Shown: one piece after another, positions 53,885-64,000 of the stretch
Numbering within the stretch: the stretch's first letter is position 1
Layout: the number at the start of each line of letters is the position of its first letter
NCBI GenBank assembly: GCA_951406725.2
Contig: OX597818.1
Span: 4,278,001 to 4,342,000 of the forward strand
Source: Octopus vulgaris
Lineage: Eukaryota
DNA length: 64,000 nt
Direction of reading: 5' to 3'
Translations under genes and position numbers: made by a program
The notes under the pieces: model-generated
Told to the model about the DNA's origin: nothing
Database searches by the model: none
The model's input: only the letters and a program-made list of their open reading frames with translations

Positions 53885-55229
53885 CAAAGCCTTTGATCGT
53901 GTCTCGCGAGAGCTCCTCTGGGATATTCTCGCCCAGTATGGATGCCCAGATAAGTTCATCCGGATCCTCAAACTTCTCCACGACAATATGCACGCCAGAG
54001 TCCAGACCGACGGAGGCAGTTCTGAGCCCTTTAAAGTCACCTCCGGAGTGAAGCAAGGCTGCGTGATAGTGCCAACTCTCTTTACCATCTTTATCGCAAC
54101 AGTGTTGCACATCATACGAGATGACCTTCTACCTGGCATCGAGATCTCGTACAGAATGGACGGCAAGCTTTTCAACCTCGCTCGCCTCAAAAGTATGTCC
54201 AAGACAATGGCGCGAAGCTTGCTAGAGTTCCAATATGCCGACGACATCAGTGTAGCAGCTTACAGAGAGGATCACCTCCAACAGATCCTAAATGCTTTTC
54301 ATCATGCATATACTAAACTTGGACTGAGCATCAACATCAGAAGACTCACTCTACCAACCTCCTCCCAATGCCCGTATTGACAACCCGCCATTGATTCAAC
54401 TCGAAGGAATTCCACTGGAAAATGTGAACCATTTCTGCTACCTTGGGAGCCATCTGTCAGCAAAGGTAGACCTCAGCGATGAAATCCAACACCGTCTGAA
54501 GTGTGCAGGAACAGCTTTCGGCAAGCTTTGAACAAGAGTTTTTGCTGATCGGGACATCCGAACCGAAACCAAACTCATGGTGTACAGGGCAGTTATTATT
54601 CCAACCCTCCTTTACGCATCCAAAACCTGGATCCCATATAGTCACCACCTGAAAACGCTCAAGAAATTTCACCAACGCTGTCTTCGGAAGATCCTTAACA
54701 TCAGCTGGGAAGACAGAAGAACTAACGTCAGCGTGCTACAAGAAGCAAAAATGACCAGCATCGAAGCCTATGTCATCAAAGGCCAACTAAGATGGAGCGG
54801 CCACGTGGTTAGAATGACTGACGAACGACTTCCCAAACAGATCTTCTACACCCAACTCAAAGACGGCAAGCGTACAAAAGGAGGCCAGAAGAAACGCTAC
54901 AAGGACTCCCTGAAAACGAACCTCAAAAAGTGTGACATCGACTTAACTAACTGGGAGGAAACGGCAAAAAACAGACCACTCTGGAAAACCACCATCCATG
55001 AGGGAACGGCGACTTTCGAGTCGAAAAGGTCTGCAGAGCTGGAGGAGAAAAGACGACGACGGAAGGAGCACCAACAACAACCACAAGCGACTCTCCTTTC
55101 CGGCACTAGATGTCTGCATTGCGACCAATCTTTTCAAGCAAGAATTGGTCTTATCGGTCACCTACAGACTCACCAGTAAATTTGCGCGAAGACTATCATC
55201 CTCGACCTTAAGGGATTGCCATCATCATC

Positions 55230-55230
<1 letters not shown>
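53885..55230 (+). mobile_element. RTE/BovB-like LINE family B, 3' fragment with C2H2 finger
   Basis: [62 protein letters not shown]; (CAT)n tail. Confidence 0.9.
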
Positions 55231-55263
<33 letters not shown>

Positions 55264-55313
55264 GTATGTATATATATACATACACACACACATATATATA
55301 TATACACATATAT

Positions 55314-55359
<46 letters not shown>

Positions 55360-55360
<1 letters not shown>

Positions 55361-58150
55361 TAAGAAAGTTGGTTTGTGAAAGCACATGGGTGAATATATA
55401 GAAAAAAGTAAAGAGTGAAAAAACTACAGAAGGCTTAAATGTTAAAAAATATATATATTTGCGTCAATATGTCTGAAGAATATTAGAAAATTAAAAAAAA
55501 ATTTTTTTTCTCTTATAATGACATAATTTAAAAGAAAGACCGGTTTCGCGTGTAGCTTTCCAAATTTCTTGCAACGTTATGTTTATGTTGAATAGAGTTT
55601 TCGTTATGTTTATGTACAGGAGAGTTCTAAATAAGGGAAGGTAGTGAGTGATTTCTTCCGGTGTAAGGGAGATAATCGCTTAAAAATTTTTTTCCTTTCC
55701 CTTGGTGTGAATTTCTCTGTATCAGTATGTTCGGATGGTTGAGTCTGGGCTTGTACTTTTCAATGAAGAATGTTTCCTTGTTTAGTCTAATTTGTGTTGA
55801 TGATCCGAAAGCACATTGGTAAAATGGAAAGATTAAAAATTGTGGTAGTAGTTGCTTTGCGCATTTCTCAATGTGCTCACTAAAAGGTATCGTTCTATAT
55901 TCTGGGAATGCAATTTGTTGTCGATGCAGTGTGCATCTATGTCTGAGTGATAGTCCCATGGAACCCACGTAGTCTTGGTGGCAGCCCGAGCATTTCATGA
56001 CATAAATTATGTTTTCAGAGGCACAAGTAAAGTTAGATTTGATCTTGAATTTCTGTCCCTCTTTAAAGAGGAATTCTGATCCACAAAAAATAATGAAAAC
56101 TCTTTCTTCATTAATTAAAACCCATGAAAAGGAACTAACAACCAAAGAGATTGACTTCCTAACAAACTTTAAATGCAAACCTAGCCTTTTCTATGGTCTG
56201 CCAAAAATTCATAAAAGTCAAATTATAAATGAAACCATTAAAAAATCACCAAAGACATACATACACACACCTAACCCGGGGGACCTAAAACTACGACCCA
56301 TTGGAGCTGGCTCAACCTGTGAAACACAGACTAAGTCTACTTATGGACATCCTCCTGAAACCCTTCCTTAAACATATCGATAGCCATATCAGAGATGACT
56401 TAGATATAGTTAAACCACCTTCCAAAAAAAGCCAAGGAAGAAACAATCCTGGTTTCATTTGATGTAGTTAACTTATATACCAGTATACCTCATAATTATG
56501 GACTGGAGGCAATACAGTTCTGGTTAGACCAATTTCCGGAAGAAATACCAAAAGGATCAGTAAAGAATTCATTACTAAATCAATTGAATTCATCATACAC
56601 AATAACCACTTCATGTTTGACAATACATTTTACCGTCAAAAATCCGGAATTGCTATGGGTACAAGGGCAGCACCAGTCATTGCGAACTTAACAATGGGAT
56701 ACATGGAAATAATCATTTACCAGGAATCTTTATCAATCTTTGGAAACCCCATCTCTCAATACATAAAAGAGAATTGGAAATGATTCTTAGACGATTGTTT
56801 TATTCTCTGGAATGAAAACACAGATAAACTCCTAAAATTTAAAAACCTATTGAACAGCATAAACCCAAATATACAGTTCACAATGGAATACAACCAAAAG
56901 GAGCTCCCGTTCTTGGATATACTAATTAAAAAAATTAACCTTAAAATAGAAACAGACATTTTTTACAAAGCCACAGACGCCAAACAATACCTTCTTTTAA
57001 TTCATGCTACCCAAGACACACTAAAACAAACATCCCCTTCAACCTTGCAAGAAGGATATGCACAATAGTGTCAGAACAAAATACCAGGAACTTTAGACTG
57101 CAAGAACTCAAAAACACCCTAATTGACAGACATTACCCAGCTCAACTCATAGAGGATGGGATCAGACGTGCAACAGAAATCAACATAGAAACTTTAAGAA
57201 AAGTTCAACACAACAACACACCTTCCCCGAAAATACTACCTTACATATCTACATACAACCCCAGAAACAAAGAAGCCTTCACTATCATCACCCAGAATTT
57301 ACCAATACTTCATAAAGACCCCAAATTAAAGGAAATTCTAAACATACAGCCTAAATCACTTAAAAAGATTCTCACAAAGGCAAAATAGTCTTCTGAAATT
57401 ACGGATGCAAAAGTAAAAAAATGTGGTAGATCGAACTGTGCAACATGCCCTAACCTGCTAGAAGGATCAGAATTCCTCTTTAAAGAGGGACAGAAATTCA
57501 AGATCAAATCTAACTTTACTTGTGCCTCTGAAAACATAATTTATGTCATAAAATGCTCGGGCTGCCACCAAGACTACGTGGGTTCCACGGGACTATCACT
57601 CAGACGTAGATGCACACTGCATCGACAACAGATTGCATTCCCAGAATATAGAATGATACCTTTTAGTGAACACATTGAGAAATGCGCAAAGCAACTACTA
57701 CCACAATTTTTAATCTTTCCATTTTACCAATGTGCTTTCGGATCATCAACACAAATTAGACTAAACAAGGAAACATTCTTCATTGAAAAGTACAAGCCCA
57801 GACTCAACCATCCGAACATACTGATACAGAGAAATTCACACCAAGGGAAAGGAAAAAATTTTTAAGCGATTATCTCCCTTACAGCGGAAGAAATCACTCA
57901 CTACCTTCCCTTATTTAGAACTCTCCTGAACATAAACATAACAAAAACTCTATTCAACATAAACATAACGTCGCAAGAAATTTGAAAAGCTACACGCGAA
58001 ACCGGTCTTTCTTTTAAATTATGTCATTATAAGAGAAAAAAAAATTTTTTTTAATTTTCTAATATTCTTCAGACATATTGACGCAAATATATATATTTTT
58101 TAACATTTAAGCCTTCTGTAGTTTTTTTCAGTCTTTACTTTTTTCTATAT
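55360..58150 (+). mobile_element. Neptune-like Penelope element, 5'-truncated, with inverted copy of its 3' end (55360-56082)
   Basis: FYGLPKIHK, DVVNLYTSIP, GIAMG, LPFLDI, NIIYVIKCSGC..YVG; about 55394-56082 is the reverse complement of about 57463-58150. Confidence 0.88.
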
Positions 58151-58457
58151 ATATATATATATATATACATATATATTTATTTAATAATAGAAGGGTAAAA
58201 TTTATTAATTAAATTAATTAATTAATTAATCAATTAATTCATAATTTTACCAAGTAGATCAGCATGTTAAAATAACCTTTATAGGTAAAATTATCCACAT
58301 AATTATAATTAGGGTTCAGCTAATTGCTTCACCACATACCAAATTTAGAAATAGGAATTAAAATTCCTTTTCTGCTACTATAAGAATCTCCATGACGGTA
58401 AACATACTTTTTTACGAAGGCAAAGAGAAAAACAATGAATCAACACAAACAGGATTA

Positions 58458-58520
58458 ACTATATACGCGTTTCGAGATTAAAGTGATTTAAATTTTACTT
58501 ACTTCCCTCTTCAGTATAAT
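58458..58520 (-). ncRNA. Minimal hammerhead relic
   Basis: Minus strand reads attata-CTGAAGA-ggg...ctc-GAAA-cgcg-TA-tatagt. Confidence 0.55.
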
Positions 58521-59021
58521 ATTTCCAATTTATAAAATTTGAAAGTGCTAGTGCTGAATATGCACACAACCAAGAATCATCATGTAACAGATATCCAACC
58601 AACACTTCCAAAATGTAAAGTTTCTTATAGTAGCAGACAAGGAATTTTAACTCCTATTTCTAAATTTGGTATGTGATGAAGCAATTAGCTGAACCCTAAT
58701 TATAATTATGTGGATAATTTTACCTATAAAGGTTATTTTAATGTACCGATCTACTTGGTAAAATTATGAATTAATTGATTGATTAATTAATTAATTTAAT
58801 TAATAAATTTTACCCTTCTATTATTGATTTGAAATTATAATTTACTCCACAATAGAATACTGCAGTTTTCTGCGGTATTGCTCATAGCATACATGTGGGT
58901 ATAGAGTTTGAATAGGGTATTCACATTCGGCCCTGTAAATTTTGGAAGTGTTGGTTGGATATCTGTTATATGATGATGCTTGATTGTGTGCATATTCAGC
59001 ACTAGCACTTTAAAATTCAGC

Positions 59022-61544
59022 CTAGCACTACGGGACAGCTTACTGAGTGTCACAGACCAAGTCTGCAGATGGTGTAAAGTCCCTTCTAGACCTAGAGTGA
59101 TGTAGTGGTGGAATAAGGTAGACAAAGCCATTTGAGCAAAGAAATAGGCCTCATAAGGGAACTGTACCGGACAGCCAGAAGGGAGGCTGGGCGACAGGTA
59201 TACATAGCCAAGGGCTAAGCAGAAGAGAAGTTTGCCAATGTCCAGTGACATGAGGACCAAAGAACTGAAGTATTTTGGATTGCAAGACAGTGTGTGAGAG
59301 AAGATAGTGCTATCACAGGAGAGAAATGCATCCGCATGGATGATGGTGCACTTGCATTTAATGTTTCTGAAAAGAAAGAGGCTTGGAGAAGCCATTATGA
59401 AAGACTGCTGAACGTGGAGAATGAATAGGAGGAGAAGAGCCTACCAAATGTTGACCCAGTAGAGGGACCAGCTATCTGAATAGACAGCACCCTGGTAGAT
59501 AAAGCAATTAGGAGTATGAAGCCAGGAAAAGCCCCTGGCCCATCAAGAATCACTGCTGAGATGATTAAAACATCTGGTGGTGAGGGCTATTGCCTAGACA
59601 ACTGCATTGTAAACCAGGTAGTTCATGATGGAGTCATACCCAATGACTGGCGTAGCAACACCATAATCAGCTGCTACAAGGGTAAACGTGATGCTTTAGA
59701 TAGAAATAACTACAGGGGTATCAAACTCCTGGATCAGGTGATGAAGGTCATAGAGAGGGTCATAGCCCAACTGATTAGAGAGAGAGTCTGCTTAGATGAG
59801 ATGCAGTTCAGTTTTGTGCCAGGTAAAAGCACCATTGATGCTGTATTCCTGGTGCAGCAACTGCAGGAGAAATGCCTAGCCAAAGATAAACCCCTATACT
59901 TGGCTTTTGTGGACTTGGAGAAAGCTTTTGACAGGGTCCCCTATCCCTTATATGGTGGGCAAAACAGAAAATGGGAATTGATGAATGGTTAATAAAGGCT
60001 GTACAGGCTCTATACAGAGATGCCGTTAGTAAGGTTAGGGTCGGCAATGAGTATAGTGAAGAATTACGGATAGAAGTAGAGGTCCACCAAGGATCAGCCC
60101 TCAGTCCCCTTTATTCAACGTAATCCTCCAGGAAATAACAGAGGAATTCAAGACAGGTTGCCCCTGGGAGCTCCTCTATGCTGATGACCTGATCCTCATA
60201 GCAGAATCACTACCAGAACTAGAAAAGAAATTTCAGATATGGAAGCAAGGTTTAAAATCAAAGGGCCTAAGAGTCAATGTTGCAAAGACCAAAGTTCTAG
60301 TAAGTAGGAAGGCGAACTCATTACACACCCCTTCTGGTAGGTGGCCTTGTTCTATCTGTAGAAAAGGTAAAAGTAGAAACTCCATAAGATGTACCCAGTG
60401 TAAGCTATGGACATATAAGAGGTGCAGTAACATCAAAGGAAGATTAACCGAGAACATAGCTTTTGTGTGAAGCAGATGCACAGGGGCAATAAACACCACA
60501 GATGCTCAGAAAAATGGATTCCATCACATGCCAGGGGGAGAAACTAGTAGTTGATAGCTTCTGTTAGCTAGGTGACTAAGTCTGTAGTGGGGGTGGATGC
60601 TCAGAGAGTGTTATCACTGGAATAAGAATAGCCTGGGCAAAGTTCAGAAAGTTTCTACTTCTACTGGTGATAAAGGGCCTCTCGCTCAGAGTGAAAGGTA
60701 GACTGTACGATACAGGTGTGTGAACTGCTGAGGACAAGTGTAGGCTCAAAAGAAATGAAGCTAGCATGATCCGCTAGATGTGTAATGTCAGTGTGCACAT
60801 ACGACAGAGTGTAAGCGCCCTGAGAGAAAAGTTGGACATAAGAAGCACTGGATGTGGCATGCAAGAGAGACATTTGCACTGGTATGGTCATGTACTACGG
60901 ATAGATGAGGAGAGATGTGTGAAGAAGTGCCACTCCAAAACAGTTGAAGGAATCCAGGATAGAGGTAGACCCAGGAAGGCATGGGATGAGGTGGTGAAGC
61001 ATGACCTTTGAATGCCGGGCGTCACAGAAGCAATGAGGAAAGACTGAAACCTCTGGAGATGTGCTGTGACTGTGAAAACCCAGCAAATAAAGTGAGTTCA
61101 TTGCTGTAACCTACACCAGTGTCGCATAACCAGTCCCAGCCCACTAAAAAGTACCTTGGATCATAGGACGATATGCTGTGCTAAGGTGACATGCTGTGCT
61201 TGAGAAGAACTATTGACTCAAGTACATCAAAATCAAAATCAAATGGAAATTGTAGAAAGTACCATCCAAACAGTGACACTTTGAGTGGCTTCTGTGCCAC
61301 CGGCATGTAAAAGTATCAACTGATCATGGTCATTGCAAGCCTCCTCTGGCCCATGTGCTGGTAGCACGTAAAAAGTACCCACTACACTCTTGGAGTGGTT
61401 GGCGTTAGGTGGGGTATCCAGCTGTAGAAACACTGCCAGATCAGACTGGAGCCTCGTGCAGCCTCCTGGCTTCCCAGACCCCAGTCGAACCGTCCAATCC
61501 ATGCCAGCATGGAAAACGGATGGTAAATGATGGTGATGATAATG

Positions 61545-61546
<2 letters not shown>
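59022..61546 (+). mobile_element. Older diverged RTE family A copy
   Basis: [32 protein letters not shown], 3'UTR and GAT tail; many stops. Confidence 0.88.
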
Positions 61547-61590
<44 letters not shown>

Positions 61591-61594
<4 letters not shown>

Positions 61595-61871
61595 TACATA
61601 GAAGGAGCTTCTACAGGACTAGAACTGTTTCATTCAAAAGAAATCATCAGGAAGCTAGTAAACAAGAGTTGTTTTGGCATTTATACATTTAGGCAGGTTT
61701 AAATGGGTGGTGGTGGGGGACTTTTTTGGTAGGCATGGCGCAAAACTGTCATTATTAGGGGAGTGGTCAAAGGAATTGGTGGTAAAGTAGATAAAAGAAT
61801 AAATAAAAGAATAACAGAATAAATAGAAAAATAGAGTTTTAGGTAATTAAGGAGACTCTCACTTGTACATC

Positions 61872-61906
<35 letters not shown>

Positions 61907-62960
61907 CCACATATTCACATATATCTATACATATACATACATACCCACATATACATACACATATATATACATACATACATATACATATACATATATATAC
62001 ATATATATACACATACCCATGTACGTACACACAAATACACATATACATACATATATATACATACATGTATACACACTCGCACATATATATACATACACAC
62101 ATATATACACATGCATATACATGCACACACATACACACACATTTTTATTCTCTTATTTTAATTTTATTATTACTACTTTTGTTTATATCTTTATTTTTAT
62201 CTTGACCTCGGTCAGCCGGTCTCAAGGGATGATCTAAAGAGTCCGTTTATCTATCTACTCACTGATACGAACGCAAGCACTCACTCACGCCCACACACTC
62301 ACACGTACACACATACTCATACGCACACACACGTGTTATATTCATACACGCATACATCTACATACATTCACGTATATTCACATACGTACACGTACCTACT
62401 GATTCATATCTACACGCATACACATACATACCTCAATACACCCACAGAAGACTAGTCCATACATATACACTAATTAATATATATACACATATACATATAC
62501 ACATACATATATATACATACACATATACATATATATACATATATATACATATACATATACATACACATATACATTCATACATATATACACATACACACAC
62601 ACATATATATATATATATATGCGTACACATACACACACACACACACGCATCTATATATACACATAAGTACATACATGCATAAATGTATACATATGTCTAT
62701 ACATATGCATACACATCCACACACACACGCGCCTCCTTATGTTCATAAATACATACATGCATACAGGCATATACATATATACATACATGCATACTCAAAT
62801 AGTAATAATAAATATATATACGTGCAGTTACCCATTATACAGACGGATACATACATATAAACATACCCATATATACCTATTTACACATATGTATATATAC
62901 ATACATACATACACACATAACTCTACATACCTACATATACATAAACAGACAAGCGTACAC

Positions 62961-62997
<37 letters not shown>

Positions 62998-63107
62998 CAC
63001 ATACATATATACATATATACACACACATACACACACATATATATACATTTACACACACATTTACACATATATATATACACATACACATACATATACATAT
63101 ATATATA

Positions 63108-63151
<44 letters not shown>

Positions 63152-63321
63152 AGCACATACATGCATAAATGTATACATATGTTTATACAAATGCATGTAT
63201 GTATTTATGAACATAAGTGTGTGTGTGGATGTGTATGCATATGTATAGACATATGTATACATTTATGCATGTATGTACTTATGTGTATATATATATGCGT
63301 GTGTGTGTGTGTGTATGTGTA

Positions 63322-63366
<45 letters not shown>

Positions 63367-63630
63367 ATGTGTATATATGTATGAATGTATATGTGTATGT
63401 ATATGTATATATATGTATATATATATGTATATGTGTATGTATATGTATGTATGTGTATGTATGTGTATATGTGTATATATATTAATTAGTGCATATGTAT
63501 GAACTAGTCTTCTGTGGGTGTATTGAGGTATGTATGTGTATGCGTGTAGATATGAATCAGTAGGTACGTGTACGTATGTGAATATACGTGAATGTATGTA
63601 GATGTATGCGTGTATGAATATAACACGTGC
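61591..63630 (-). mobile_element. Family H hammerhead element with partial inverted arm, cut by a SINE
   Basis: HHR at 61606-61656 (-); body colinear with 36065-36985; about 63195-63630 is the reverse complement of about 62330-62770. Confidence 0.78.
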
Positions 63631-63775
63631 GTTGAGCAAATCGACCCCAGGACTTATTCTTTGTAAGCCAAGTACTTATTCTATCGGTCTCTTTTGTCGA
63701 ACCGCTAAGTGACGGGGTCATGAACACACCAGCATCGGTTGTCAAGCGATGTGGGGGGACAAACACAGACACACA

Positions 63776-63825
<50 letters not shown>

Positions 63826-63995
63826 CATATACACGACAGACTTCTTTCAGTTTCTGTCTACCAAATCCACTCACAAGGCTTTGGTCGGCCCGAGGCTATA
63901 GTAGAAGACAGCCCAAAGTGCCACGCAGTAGAACTGAACCCGGAACCATGTGGTTGGTAAACAAGCTACTTACCACACAGCCACTCCTGCGCCTA
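63631..63995 (-). mobile_element. tRNA-derived SINE (same family as 53117-53535)
   Basis: Minus strand ggcgcaggagtggctgtgtggtaag...ggttccgggttcagtt...gagtggatttggtagacagaaactgaaagaag. Confidence 0.8.
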
Positions 63996-64000
63996 TGTAT

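Overview
Repeat-saturated, AT-rich eukaryotic DNA with no recognisable host exon. The RTE LINE, SINE and (TA)n content suggest an octopus or other cephalopod (inference). Ordinary content: many copies of one RTE LINE family whose RT carries a PHD-like finger, a second RTE family with a C2H2 finger, CR1-like and R4/Dong-like LINE fragments, a decayed mariner, two tRNA-type SINEs, and a young non-autonomous Gypsy-type LTR element. The main signal is a dense population of type I hammerhead ribozymes (HHRs), read by eye, with about 25 recognisable motifs. (1) A near-perfect 490-bp tandem array at 29.9-34.7 kb has one canonical HHR per unit and is built as two divergent, inverted concatemers. It looks like a very recent retrozyme or circular-RNA insertion. 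(2) A non-coding HHR family carries microsatellite-like DNA as cargo. (3) There are Neptune- and Naiad-like Penelope elements, including two RT-less GIY-YIG ORFs in tandem, each followed by its own HHR. Several of these insertions share one architecture: inverted arms with 3' ends pointing outward, one arm with a short extra tail, mostly set in (TA)n. All folds were assigned by manual base-pairing and were not computed.
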